Positions 51,500-61,853 are shown, counted from the first letter of the stretch. The stretch: 64,000 bases of DNA from a bacterium (GCA_024228555.1 JAAETI010000355.1:3602-67601), one strand, 5' to 3'. Notes: generated by a model from the sequence alone, not told the origin. A program made the numbers and translations.

Positions 51500-53164
51500 T
51501 CAGCCAGTTTGACGCAGGTCACGCCGATCAAACAACCAAACTGCGGCCAGGATCAGCACACCGGTTGTCCCCAGCAGCACCGCAGCATTGCCCCAGTGCA
51601 TACCGGTGTTGAGCGGGTCGCTGGTCAGGTAGTAGTTGAATGGCGACAGCACCGCAAGGCCTTCCACCGTGTCGTTGAGGATCGCAATCGAGTTGATCAG
51701 GTAGGTAGCGAGTGCAACTCCCACTGTGCCAAAGACGGCGATCTTGACTCGACCGGTAGCGGCGCTCAGCACCAGTGACAGCGCTCCGAAGACGAGGCCA
51801 ACCAACGTGGCCAACAGAGATGCCGCTGCGATATTGACAGGACTCATGCCAAGTCTCCCGAGCAGCGAGCCGATCCACACGCCCGCCCACGTGAAGACAC
51901 CGACGGCTACGGCGTAGGCAATCATTGCATAGGTCTTCTCGATGACGACCGTCGACCGTTTGAGCGGGTTGGAGAGGAGGAGGCCCATTGTGCGTTTGGC
52001 TTCTTCGCCCGCCAGGGCCTGGGAGCCAATGACCACGCCAACCACGATGACGGCGATCGGAGCCATCATGCCGAATGTCTCGAGTTCGTAGAAGCCTTCT
52101 GCGGTGCTCATGTTGCCACCGCTGGATCCGACAAACGCATACATCGCCTCTGGTATCTGATCCGAGAACTTCAGCAGTGACTCGTCCATCAATCCGTAGA
52201 GCGGTCCCATTAGGACACCCATGAGGAAGAACATCATGTATGCCGTGATGATGAGTAATCCTTGGTGCTCGGATGCAGTCTTGATCCAGATTCGAGAAAC
52301 CCGTGTCGAGCCCGCAAGGCGATCGAAGACCTTCTTTGTCATTGGGTTGGCCCGCAGACGATCAACCAGATTCTCGCCGACGGTTTGACTGCGGAGATCG
52401 CGCCTGTTGAGCCCAATCTGGGCGATTCCAGCAAGGAGAGCTGATCCTCCGAGGAGGACAGTGAGATGACCCCAGCTTGGTCCATTGCCGATGGGGTCGG
52501 CTCCGTCGAAGTAGTACCAAGGGAATACCTTGGCGACGTTCTCCCACCCCTCAACAAGGGGGGCGATCCCGGCGACCATGAAGCCAACAATCATCAGGCC
52601 CGCGGCGACACCAGATGCCATTGCCCGGCTGCCGGTCCACGCACCGATGGCGAATGCCAGGAATCCGTAGAACAGCGTGTTGGCAAAGAGGTGGAACGAA
52701 TAGCTCCCCACGTGCATGCCGGTGACGCTGACGTTCAGGAAATCGGCCACCAGGTGGGCGGCTCCCCACAGGAACAGTGTTCCGAGGGCACTGAGCGCCA
52801 CCAGGGTTGCCCCCTTGGATGCGAGGATATGAGTTCGGCTCTTGGGGTTGCCCAACAGCAGGCCCATCGTGCCGGAGCTCTCTTCACCTGCGATGGATGC
52901 AGAACCCATCGAGATGGCTAGACCCGCCAGAGTGAAGGCTCCGTACAGGCCATAGAGGACCCCAATGGAGAGCCCGGCGGCGTCGGCGCCGTCGGGTATC
53001 CCCACCATCGAGCGGAATACCTCGGGCATGTCGTCATAGAACGAGAGGTCAAACTCCCGGTAGACGGCCATGGCGAGCGCCAAGAGTGCAGCAAGGCTGA
53101 TCGACGCTATCCCGACCCCACGCCAGCGGTCTTGGAATGTCTTGGTGAAGACGTTGGCGAGCAT
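51500..53164 (-). CDS. ABC-2 family exporter permease (duplicated 6-TM)
   Basis: About 12 predicted TM segments with an internal duplication, coupled to the ATPase. Confidence 0.8.
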   Translation of the reverse strand: MLANVFTKTFQDRWRGVGIASISLAALLALAMAVYREFDLSFYDDMPEVFRSMVGIPDGADAAGLSIGVLYGLYGAFTLAGLAISMGSASIAGEESSGTMGLLLGNPKSRTHILASKGATLVALSALGTLFLWGAAHLVADFLNVSVTGMHVGSYSFHLFANTLFYGFLAFAIGAWTGSRAMASGVAAGLMIVGFMVAGIAPLVEGWENVAKVFPWYYFDGADPIGNGPSWGHLTVLLGGSALLAGIAQIGLNRRDLRSQTVGENLVDRLRANPMTKKVFDRLAGSTRVSRIWIKTASEHQGLLIITAYMMFFLMGVLMGPLYGLMDESLLKFSDQIPEAMYAFVGSSGGNMSTAEGFYELETFGMMAPIAVIVVGVVIGSQALAGEEAKRTMGLLLSNPLKRSTVVIEKTYAMIAYAVAVGVFTWAGVWIGSLLGRLGMSPVNIAAASLLATLVGLVFGALSLVLSAATGRVKIAVFGTVGVALATYLINSIAILNDTVEGLAVLSPFNYYLTSDPLNTGMHWGNAAVLLGTTGVLILAAVWLFDRRDLRQTG

Positions 53165-54060
53165 CAGGCCTGGACCTCCTCGTAGTAAGTGAGAAAGATC
53201 TCTTCGAGGTCCGCCTCGTGGGTGGCGATGTCGACGAGGCTGTACCGCTCGGCGGCAACCTTGAGCAACGTCTCCATCTGGCCATCGAACGACATCGTGA
53301 CGTGGTGGTTCTCCACTTTGATCTCGCGGACGCCGGGAAGAGGTTCGAACACCGAGCCATCGACCGTCTCATCAAAATAGAGATTGACCGTACGGATCGC
53401 CTTTGATCGCAACTCGGCCACGTCTTCAACGGCGATGAGCTTGCCGTGGCGGATGATGCCGACCCGGTCGGCGACCCGTTGCACCTCAGAGAGCGTGTGG
53501 CTGGAGAGGAAGACGGTGCGTCCGTCGGAGGCGACTTCGCGCATCATGGTCTGGAATTCACGCTGGACCAGCGGGTCGAGACCAGAGCTTGGTTCGTCCA
53601 TGATCAGAACGTCGGGCTTGTTCATGAATGCCTGGATCAGCCCGACTTTTTGCCGGTTCCCGGATGACAGGTCTCCAACCTTCTTGGTGAGATCTGCATC
53701 GAGCCGGTCGGCCAGTGAATCGACATAGGTCCAGTCCACACCGTCGCGCAGGTTGGCGAAGTAGGTGAGCGTGTCGCGCCCCGTGAGGTTGGGATACAGG
53801 GCGAGATCTCCGGGCACATACCCGATGTGATTGCGGATTTCCACTGTGTGCTTGTGTGTATCCAACCCAGCGATGGTTGCGCTGCCAGAGGTGGGGCGAA
53901 TCTCGTCGAGGATGGTCCGGATCATCGTCGTCTTGCCCGCACCGTTCGGTCCGAGGAACCCAAAGATCTCGCCCACCTTTACGTCGAGGTTGAGGTCAAC
54001 CAGGGCGGGGAAGTCTCCGTAGTGCTTGGTGAGCGCTTCGGCGTGGATTGCGATAGTCAT
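53164..54060 (-). CDS. ABC transporter ATP-binding protein
   Basis: Start at MTIAIHAEALTKHYGDFPAL. Has GPNGAGKTT, LSSGNRQK and ILIMDEPSSGLDP motifs. Its ATG overlaps the TetR stop (ATGA). Confidence 0.9.
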   Translation of the reverse strand: MTIAIHAEALTKHYGDFPALVDLNLDVKVGEIFGFLGPNGAGKTTMIRTILDEIRPTSGSATIAGLDTHKHTVEIRNHIGYVPGDLALYPNLTGRDTLTYFANLRDGVDWTYVDSLADRLDADLTKKVGDLSSGNRQKVGLIQAFMNKPDVLIMDEPSSGLDPLVQREFQTMMREVASDGRTVFLSSHTLSEVQRVADRVGIIRHGKLIAVEDVAELRSKAIRTVNLYFDETVDGSVFEPLPGVREIKVENHHVTMSFDGQMETLLKVAAERYSLVDIATHEADLEEIFLTYYEEVQA

Positions 54061-54728
54061 GCGGTTTCCTTTTCTTGTCCTTCGGCGGCGGCGTCTACAA
54101 ACGCCGTGCTCATGAGTTTCACTGTGGCTTCGGTGAGTAGTCCTTTTGAGTAGATCTCGAGGATTGGCGCCATGTAGCCCGAGATGGCCTTGGGGTCCTT
54201 GCTGAAGTCGGCGGTGATGTTGACGCCGATCAGTCGCTCCAGGTGCTCGTGAAGCACCAACGCGCCGAGGCCCCAAACCACGAGGATCGCGGCCCTTTCC
54301 TGCTCGTGATTGGTCGGTTGGACCATTCCGGTCTCGACACCGACAGCGAGGTAATCGACGGCGTCCATGACCAATTCGTCGACAAGCTCAGCCACATGGG
54401 GGGACCCGTCAATCAACGTCCTGGCAAGGAATTTGGAGGCGGGGATGTGCCCGATGCTGCGGAAGGCCGCGGTGACATCGAAGGCGCCACCTGAAGCCAT
54501 CGCACCGCCCTTGACCTCTCGGATCACGCCCGCAACGTACTCATCGCAGGCGACACGGAGGTTGTCCTTCGAACCAAAGTGGTGGATCACCAGACCCGGC
54601 GAGACACCGGCCGTGGAGGCGATGGTGCGCACACTGGTCCCGGCGATGCCGTTGGCCGCAAACTCGGTGATCGCGGCATCCCGAATCCGAGCTGCCGTTG
54701 TTCTGTCATCGCTTGAACGCATGTTCAA
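54057..54728 (-). CDS. TetR/AcrR family transcriptional regulator
   Basis: RIRDAAITEFAANGIAGTSVRTIASTAGVSPGLVIHHFGSKDNL HTH. Confidence 0.9.
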   Translation of the reverse strand: MNMRSSDDRTTAARIRDAAITEFAANGIAGTSVRTIASTAGVSPGLVIHHFGSKDNLRVACDEYVAGVIREVKGGAMASGGAFDVTAAFRSIGHIPASKFLARTLIDGSPHVAELVDELVMDAVDYLAVGVETGMVQPTNHEQERAAILVVWGLGALVLHEHLERLIGVNITADFSKDPKAISGYMAPILEIYSKGLLTEATVKLMSTAFVDAAAEGQEKETA

Positions 54729-54996
54729 TATACTAAACGATTGTTCAGGAAGTGTGAAGATGGTTTCGGGTCAACCAGATTCCGTCTCTGAGATACCGAG
54801 AACCTGTCTGGTTCACGGGCAGGTCGGAGATACCTCTACCGGAGCATTATCACGGTTCAGATGCTCAATCTGGGTTTCCCCTTTGAGAACTCTGGGCTAT
54901 TCACACTGTCGGCGATCGCCGGCCTCGCCGGTGCATCCCTGCGGATTACGACCGAAGACCGAGTTCAGAACCCATTGGAAGTCAGGGAATTGGAAG

Positions 54997-55974
54997 TCAG
55001 GGAAGACGGCCGAACCAGGCCAATGAGGCCGCGCCCGCCAGACCGAGTAGTACAACGGCGATGCCTGCGAACCAGTCGGCGACCTCAGTACGGACTGATT
55101 CGACCTGCACGCTCCGCCCCAAGTCTTCGTAGACCTGGTTGAGCTGCTCTGCGGTGGCAGCGGTGAGGGACTGCCCATCGGTCTGGAACGCCAACTGCTC
55201 TAGTGCCTGCTCGTTGACCGGAACCGGGATTCTGCCGTTGAAGGGGTCGTCGATGAATCCAGCACGAGTGCCAAAGGCAATCGTGTGCACTGGGACGTTG
55301 CGGTCTCGCGCCTCGGAGGCAGCCTCGTCGTTGGAACGACCCGACGTCGTATCACCGTCCGAAAGCAGTACGACGGTCCCGACGGGCTTGGCTGAATCCG
55401 TCTGTTCGTTCTCGGCCCGGACGGCCGCGTCTTCGATTGCATCGAGGGCCAAGAACACAGCTTCGCCAATGGCGGTTCCCTCGCCGAGGTCGGCGTCCCG
55501 CTCGATGGTTCGGCGCACCGCATCGAGGCGAGTGGTTGGCGATATGAGGAGCCGGGCCCGGCTGTCGAAGCCGACAACGCCTACAGCAACCCCGTCGGGG
55601 ACCGTGTCCAAGAACGCAGTGGCCGACTCCCGAGCCGCCTCCATCCGGGTTGGGGTGACATCCTCGGCGTCCATCGAAAGCGACATGTCGATTGCCAGGA
55701 TCACCAGTTGCTGAGCCTCAGTGGACTCGCCCGCAACCACCGGTCGGGCGAACCCGATTGTGGCGATAATGACGGCCAGCAGCAGTCCGATGGCGGGAAG
55801 ATGACGTCGCCAGCCCGGTTGATCGGGGGCTACCTCGTCGAGAAGGTCAAGCGTCGTGAAGCGAAGTGCGTAGCGATGCCGTTGCCTCTGCATCATGGCG
55901 TAGCCCAAGGCGAGGGCGACTGGGACGATGAGCAGCCAGAGCCGGGCGGGCGCAAGAAAGCCAAAGTCGCTCAT
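54997..55974 (-). CDS. VWA-domain protein (BatA-like) with TM anchors
   Basis: N-terminal TM segment and a VWA MIDAS motif (DMSLSMDAED). Confidence 0.8.
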   Translation of the reverse strand: MSDFGFLAPARLWLLIVPVALALGYAMMQRQRHRYALRFTTLDLLDEVAPDQPGWRRHLPAIGLLLAVIIATIGFARPVVAGESTEAQQLVILAIDMSLSMDAEDVTPTRMEAARESATAFLDTVPDGVAVGVVGFDSRARLLISPTTRLDAVRRTIERDADLGEGTAIGEAVFLALDAIEDAAVRAENEQTDSAKPVGTVVLLSDGDTTSGRSNDEAASEARDRNVPVHTIAFGTRAGFIDDPFNGRIPVPVNEQALEQLAFQTDGQSLTAATAEQLNQVYEDLGRSVQVESVRTEVADWFAGIAVVLLGLAGAASLAWFGRLP

Positions 55975-56933
55975 CGGGCACGTCTTCCTGCGGCGAGGAG
56001 TCGCGAGCGCCGTGTCGCCACAAACTGGACAAAGTCCAGCACCCAGTCGCGATCGGTGGAAAGCACCAAGTGATCGGCACCGCATCGGGCGAGTGCTTGA
56101 CGCACATCAGCCCGGTGCGCTGCGGCGAGTTCTGCATACCGTTCCCTGGTTCGGGTCTGTGCAGTATCAACAACGCGGGCCCGCCCGGTTTCGGGGTCAC
56201 GCACCGAGATCAGCCCCACGTCGGGGAGCCGAAGCTCACGCTCGTCAACGACCTCGATGGCCACTAGCTCGTGACGGTGGCTGAGGGCCCGCATCGGACG
56301 TTCCCAAGAGGTCGAACCCAGGAAGTCCGAAACGACGACTGCCATACCGCGGCGGCGAGCGGTTCGTCGCACCATATCGATCGCCGCTGGTAGGTCGCCC
56401 GACACGCCGTCTTCGGGCGGATGATGTAGAGACGCCAGCACAGCACCGACATGATTGGCTCCGGCCCGGGCCGGGAGAAGGCGGGGTCGGGCTTTGTCCC
56501 CGTGTGGGGTCGTTGTGATGGAGCCGACTCTGTTGCCCCGATCGGAGGCGAGCAACGCCATCGCTCCGGCCGCAGACCAAGCGATCTCATGTTTGGTCGC
56601 AATACCGGTTCCAAAGGCAAGGCTCGAGGAGCTGTCCAGGACCAACCACAGTTCGAGTTCGTGGTCGGCGATGGTGTCGCGAACGTGGGGCTCGTTGGTG
56701 CGGGCGGTGACTGCCCAATCGATGTGACGAGGATCGTCACCCGGCTCGTACGGTCGAGCTTCACCGTATTCGGTTCCATGACCGGGAAACAGGCCGGCAT
56801 GGTCACCGGCGAGGAGTCCATCAAGGCGGCGCAGCACCGTCAACTGCAGCCGATCGATCGGTGCTTGCGATACCGACGTCAGCCGGTGCTGGCGGGGGAT
56901 CGCTTGCGTGTCCGGCGGTGCGGCCCTTTTCAT
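55971..56933 (-). CDS. DUF58 domain protein (MoxR-associated)
   Basis: FPGHGTEYGEARPYEPGDDPRHIDWAVTAR is a DUF58 signature. The gene overlaps both neighbours by 4 nt. Confidence 0.85.
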   Translation of the reverse strand: MKRAAPPDTQAIPRQHRLTSVSQAPIDRLQLTVLRRLDGLLAGDHAGLFPGHGTEYGEARPYEPGDDPRHIDWAVTARTNEPHVRDTIADHELELWLVLDSSSSLAFGTGIATKHEIAWSAAGAMALLASDRGNRVGSITTTPHGDKARPRLLPARAGANHVGAVLASLHHPPEDGVSGDLPAAIDMVRRTARRRGMAVVVSDFLGSTSWERPMRALSHRHELVAIEVVDERELRLPDVGLISVRDPETGRARVVDTAQTRTRERYAELAAAHRADVRQALARCGADHLVLSTDRDWVLDFVQFVATRRSRLLAAGRRAR

Positions 56934-57952
56934 TGCTGCGGCTGCGGAGCTGTCGATGCCGGCAGCCGGGGGGCGATAACCGTGGTCAGCAGTTCGACCA
57001 GAACGTCGTCGACCGTTACCCCGTCGGCAACGGCGTCGAAGGAGGGCACGAGACGGTGGTTGAGAACGTCATACGCGACGTCGTAAACGTCTTGGGGAAG
57101 CACGTGGTCGCGTCCTCTCAAGAGCGCCAGCGCCCGGCCCGCCTGAACCAGTCCGATGCTGGCCCGGGGACTGGCTCCGTACGCAAGGAGGCCGTCGATA
57201 TCGACACCGTGCTTGGCCGGGGTCCGGGTTGCGAGCACGAGTCGGATCGCATAGTCCTGGACTTGCGGGTCAACGTGGACAGACGCTGCCGCCGTCTGCA
57301 GCCCGGCGACCTCATCCGTCGAGAGCACCTCATTGGCAACAGGTGTTGCTCCACTGGCCCGTTCGACGATGTCGTGTTCTTGCTGTGGTGTCGGGTAGTC
57401 GACGGGGATCCGCATGAGGAAGCGATCGCGTTGCGCTTCTGGCAGGGGATAGACGCCTTCGGATTCGATCGGGTTCTGCGTCGCCAACACCAGGAATGGC
57501 GCGGGCAGGGGATGCGTAATCCCTCCCAGTGAGACCTGACGTTCCGCCATCACCTCGAGGAGCGCCGACTGCACTTTCGCCGGAGCGCGGTTTATCTCAT
57601 CGGTGAGTACAAAGTTGGCGAACACCGGACCGAGTTCAACATCGAAGCTCTCGGTGGAAGGGCGGTAGATCCGGGTGCCGACGATGTCGGATGGTAGGAG
57701 ATCGGGGGTGAACTGGATCCGGGCGAACGTCCCGCCGAGCGTCTTGGCGAGGGTCGATACCGTCAGCGTCTTGCCGATGCCGGGGACTCCCTCCAGCAGA
57801 CAGTGGCCTCCGGCGAGTAGCGCGACCAGCACTCGTTCGAGCACGCGGTCCTGACCGACAATGACTTGCTTCATCTCGGTCTGCACCTGTCGTAGCTGCA
57901 TTCCGGCCAGCTTCAGATCCAACGGTTCGAGTCGGGGTTCCGGTGCGGTCAT
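56930..57952 (-). CDS. MoxR-family AAA+ ATPase
   Basis: Walker A LLEGVPGIGKT, Walker B and the sensor region are present. Confidence 0.9.
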   Translation of the reverse strand: MTAPEPRLEPLDLKLAGMQLRQVQTEMKQVIVGQDRVLERVLVALLAGGHCLLEGVPGIGKTLTVSTLAKTLGGTFARIQFTPDLLPSDIVGTRIYRPSTESFDVELGPVFANFVLTDEINRAPAKVQSALLEVMAERQVSLGGITHPLPAPFLVLATQNPIESEGVYPLPEAQRDRFLMRIPVDYPTPQQEHDIVERASGATPVANEVLSTDEVAGLQTAAASVHVDPQVQDYAIRLVLATRTPAKHGVDIDGLLAYGASPRASIGLVQAGRALALLRGRDHVLPQDVYDVAYDVLNHRLVPSFDAVADGVTVDDVLVELLTTVIAPRLPASTAPQPQQ

Positions 57953-59178
57953 GTCGAACCTCCGTCTTCCCCTGGGAGAACCCCGGAGATCCCAAAGAAG
58001 TCATCGAGCAGGTCCTGGAGCTCGGGTGGCATCACCTCGGTTCCCAGCAACTCGTCGAGCAGCTCCCCAAGCCCCGGCAGCTCGTCGAACCCGGGCAGTG
58101 GTTGGGGCTGGAGGGGGTTTGGCTCCGGGGTCGCTCCAGGGGTTGGCTGCAACATCTCATCGAGAAGTTCGTCAAGCCCAGGGAACAGTTCTTCGAGATC
58201 CTCGAGCCCGGGGAACAGGTTGTCGAGGCCGCCTGCATCCTCGGGGGCGGGGATGGTTGGGGCATCAATGCCGCCCGCCGTCTCGACTTCTTCGAGAAGC
58301 GAGTCGAACGCTTCCACCGGTATTGCAAACCCGACACCATCGTTTCCTCCAGAGACCGAGGCGATGGCGGTATTGATTCCAATGACCTTGGCCTCGGCGT
58401 CGGCGAGCGGGCCTCCGGAGTTGCCGGGATTGATCGGGGCGTCGGTCTGGATGAGCCCGGTGAGCAACCCAATGGGGGTTTCGAGTTCTCGGTCAAGACC
58501 GGAGATGATGCCGGCGGTCACTGACTGCTGGAATCCGAACGGGCTACCCATGGCGAATGCGGGCTCGCCCACCTCAACTGAGCCGGGGTCGGCGATGGTG
58601 GCCGCGACCAGATCGGTGGCATCGTCGAGAGCAACGATTGCGAGGTCTCGCTCTGGTGCCCTGCCCACGACGCGGCCGTTGAAGACGCGATCGTCAGCGG
58701 TGCGGATAGACACTTCGTCCGAGAACGAAACAACGTGGTGTGCGGTGAGAACAAGGCCGGCGGTGTCATAGATGACGCCGGACCCGACTCCTCCACCGGC
58801 GTCAAGCCCACCGAGAAGCTCGATCTGCACTACTGCGGGCCCAAGTGCGGCAGCAACGGTGCCGGGCGTGCTGGCCTCGGCTTCCACCAGCGCTGTTGTT
58901 TCACCACGATCGGTCCTCGTAAGGAAAGACCCGAGAATGTACCCACCGACAAGCGCGGCGATCAGGAGCCCGATAAACAGCGGCACACGATTGCGCCTCT
59001 TTGGTTCCGGAGCGACAGGGGTGATATCCGGCGCCGGCATCTCCAACGTGGGAGCTGCTGTGTTGGCGACCGGAGTGAACTGCGGGATCTCGTCGGACAC
59101 CGGTGGAGATGCAGGTAGATCACGCCAGGAGCGTCCCCGGGCGATGTCCTCCGGGGTAGTGGTGTCGAGCTGGGTCAC
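57949..59178 (-). CDS. membrane-anchored trypsin-like (S1C/HtrA-like) serine protease with acidic repeat tail instead of PDZ
   Basis: Catalytic triad contexts TAHHVV, DLAIV and GNSGGPL. The C-terminal tail is repetitive (FPGLEDLEELFPGLDELLDE...LPGFDELPGLGELLDELLG...LQDLLDDFFG). Confidence 0.8.
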   Translation of the reverse strand: MTQLDTTTPEDIARGRSWRDLPASPPVSDEIPQFTPVANTAAPTLEMPAPDITPVAPEPKRRNRVPLFIGLLIAALVGGYILGSFLTRTDRGETTALVEAEASTPGTVAAALGPAVVQIELLGGLDAGGGVGSGVIYDTAGLVLTAHHVVSFSDEVSIRTADDRVFNGRVVGRAPERDLAIVALDDATDLVAATIADPGSVEVGEPAFAMGSPFGFQQSVTAGIISGLDRELETPIGLLTGLIQTDAPINPGNSGGPLADAEAKVIGINTAIASVSGGNDGVGFAIPVEAFDSLLEEVETAGGIDAPTIPAPEDAGGLDNLFPGLEDLEELFPGLDELLDEMLQPTPGATPEPNPLQPQPLPGFDELPGLGELLDELLGTEVMPPELQDLLDDFFGISGVLPGEDGGST

Positions 59179-59539
59179 GAAAGCCTCCGCTGCTGTCGAT
59201 GGGTTCAGCCGTCACGATGATGGCGGCGACAATCGGCACACTGCGCCGGAACCCGTGTCAATCAAATAGCCGTTGTTGCTACTTAGACGCAAACCAGGGC
59301 CTGAGAGTTCCCGGGTTTGGTTCCCACAACCGTCAGAGTATCCGATGGTTATCGCTCCCAATTGTGTAGTTGTGTGCTGCAAAGTCGACTTGACGAGGTG
59401 AACTCGCAGATCGCAGGCTCCGACCGGATCCGAGGTGTCAAGGGTGAGGCGGGACTACGCGGGTTTCGATTTGGTCTTCCACCGAGATCAAGCGGGGGCA
59501 GGCTCGATCGAGGTATCGAACTCACCCGTTGCCATGTAG

Positions 59540-60040
59540 GGTCCGCTAGCCATCACGGCTCCGCTGCGGATCCTGGTCACGATTTCGAGTCCAAACGACA
59601 ATGCGCCGCTGGTTGCTGCCGGGGAGTGGAGAAGGCTTGAGCTGGCATTGCGAGATTCAGTCGACCAAGGTCTCGTCGAACTTGGCAGAGCGCAGGATGG
59701 GTCGCTGCAATCGCTACAGCAGCAGCTGCGATGCGACGACTACCACGTTCTTCACTTCATCGGCCATGGTGTCTTTGACCAGGCGATGGGCGATGGGTGA
59801 TGGTGTGCTCACCTCGAAGACGACCGGCAGGTCGGTGGCGAGGACTTTGGGATGATCCTCCATGAGCATCGTTCGCTCCGTCTGGAGATTCTCAATGCTT
59901 GCGAGGGCGCTCGTTCGTCTCGAACTGATCCGTTCTCAGGTACGGGCAAGAGCCTCGTCCAACAGGGCATACCTGCCGTAGTAGCGATGATCACCTACAA
60001 GGGCTACGGCGCTCTCGACCTGAGGGCTATCTGGACCTGA
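59540..60040 (+). pseudogene. CHAT-domain (caspase-like) gene remnant with in-frame TGA
   Basis: A single frame encodes RILVTISSPNDNAPL...YHVLHFIGHGVFD...GDG*...LEDDRQVGGED...LEILNACEGAR...GIPAVVAM, which are the CHAT His and Cys regions. There is an in-frame stop at 59798..59800, no start codon, and the usual large N-terminal region is absent. Confidence 0.5.
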
Positions 60041-60234
60041 CAGCGTCGTGGGTCGATGAATTCCTAGAGCGCTTCCCCTAGATCGAGCGGAGCAGTCATT
60101 CGCACACTGACTGGTGCGTTCCCCTGTTCCTGCGTACCAGGGCGCACATCGCCGCCACTCAGGTACGCAAGAACGGTTCCTGCGTGTTGTAGCGGATATG
60201 ATCGCCCAACCAACGATGACAAGGATTCGGTGCC

Positions 60235-61575
60235 ATGGCCCATACGAGCGCAAGCGGTCTTCCCCGGGCGCGTCCGTTCCAAAGGCTGATTGCCCGAGGT
60301 GCCCGGCTGCTGGCCAGGGGAATCTATCGATCGGTTGAAGTCGAGAACGAGGAGACCGGTTGGAGCCGACATCCGGTCATCCTTGTTGCCAACCATCCCA
60401 CCGGCTTCTCGGACCCGGCCCTGTTGCTGGGCCTGTTGGAACGGAGCCCACGCTTTCTGGCAAAGGCGACGTTGTGGAAGACGCCGGGTCTTGGCTGGTT
60501 TCTGGACCGCATCGGGGCGATCCCCGTCTACCGCGCTCAGGACGGATCAACGGCACGGAACGACGAGATGTTTGCAGCGGCTTTTGATGCGCTCCGCGCC
60601 CATGACACGATTGCGTTGTTTCCTGAAGGCGGCGCGGTCGACGCCGCTTCGATCGGGCCAATCAAGACCGGTGCGGCACGGCTCGCCCTTGGGGCTCGGG
60701 CCGCCGGCATCGCAGGGCTCCAAGTTGTCCCGGTGGGGATCCACTACGAGGACAAGGCTGCGGTGCGAAAAAGAGCCTATGTAAAGGTGGGCGATGTCAT
60801 CGACTTGGATCATGGGCTCGATGAATGGGTCGATTCCGATCGAGTCAAACCAGAGGATCACCAGGCGGTGCAACAGGTGACCGAGGAGATTGAGTCAAGA
60901 CTTCGGGCCTGCGCTCCGGATCACGCATCGGGTGAGGAGGCTCAAACGCTGTCGTTTGCCGGGGCTGTGGCGCTGCGCGAACCGACCACGCCGTGGGTGT
61001 CGTATGCCGACCGGGAAAGGGTGTCTGCTCGCCTCGGCCAGGTGGGCTCTGAAGCTCGGCTGGATGTCGTCAACCGGGCTAACCCCTATGCCGCGGAATT
61101 GGCGGCGGCGAGAGTCAGAGATACGGATGTGATGTTGGCGCAGGGCAAGACCGGGTTACGTCAGAGTTTGATCGGGGTGCTGGCCCTGCTGATCGTATTG
61201 GCTCCGTTTGCGGTTGCTGGGATCATCCTCAACTTCCTGCCGTATGTGGCGTTGCGGGCCGCCATGCGGATGCGCCACGACGCGATGACTCCATCAACGA
61301 TCCGCCTGTTCGCCGCGATCTTCCTTTTCTTCTTGATGTGGCTCACCTGGATGGTGGTCGCGTGGAGCTTGTGGGACTGGCGAATGGCACTGGTTACCTT
61401 GGTGGCCTGCCCGGTTTATGGGGGCGTTGCTGTGGCGGTCTTGGATCGCTCAGTTCGCTGGTGGCGTGATTGGTCAGGCCGGCGCCGGGTCCGGCGGCTC
61501 GGCTCGGGTGTCCTGGAGCTGTTGGAGCAGCGGCGATTGGTTGTTTCGAGTGTGGAGGAGGCGTTGGCTGCATGA
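60235..61575 (+). CDS. 1-acyl-sn-glycerol-3-phosphate acyltransferase-family protein with C-terminal TM domain
   Basis: HxxxxD acyltransferase motif (VANHPTGFSDP) and FPEGG. Confidence 0.75.
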   Translation: MAHTSASGLPRARPFQRLIARGARLLARGIYRSVEVENEETGWSRHPVILVANHPTGFSDPALLLGLLERSPRFLAKATLWKTPGLGWFLDRIGAIPVYRAQDGSTARNDEMFAAAFDALRAHDTIALFPEGGAVDAASIGPIKTGAARLALGARAAGIAGLQVVPVGIHYEDKAAVRKRAYVKVGDVIDLDHGLDEWVDSDRVKPEDHQAVQQVTEEIESRLRACAPDHASGEEAQTLSFAGAVALREPTTPWVSYADRERVSARLGQVGSEARLDVVNRANPYAAELAAARVRDTDVMLAQGKTGLRQSLIGVLALLIVLAPFAVAGIILNFLPYVALRAAMRMRHDAMTPSTIRLFAAIFLFFLMWLTWMVVAWSLWDWRMALVTLVACPVYGGVAVAVLDRSVRWWRDWSGRRRVRRLGSGVLELLEQRRLVVSSVEEALAA

Positions 61576-61853
61576 GTCCGTTTTGGGCGGGAGTCCTCAT
61601 CGTCCTGACCGTTGTGCCGGTGGTTGCGCTCTCGGTGTTTTCGATCGTCGACACGGTGCGTCGTCCCGATTTGTCGGCAGCAACCAAGGTGGTGTGGATC
61701 GCAGGTATCGCCTTGGTTCCTCTCGTCGGCGGCGCGGCGTATTTGATCTTCCGGCCCACCAAGCCCGGAGACATTCGGGGTTTTGGTCGACGGGGCAGGC
61801 GAAGCAGCCGGTTCAATGAGTTGGTACCCGGCGGTGACGAAGAGGACCGCTAG
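61572..61853 (+). CDS. PLDc_N-domain small membrane protein
   Basis: KVVWIAGIALVPLVGGAAYLIF is the PLD-nuclease N-terminal TM domain signature. Its ATG overlaps the upstream stop (ATGA). Confidence 0.65.
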   Translation: MSPFWAGVLIVLTVVPVVALSVFSIVDTVRRPDLSAATKVVWIAGIALVPLVGGAAYLIFRPTKPGDIRGFGRRGRRSSRFNELVPGGDEEDR

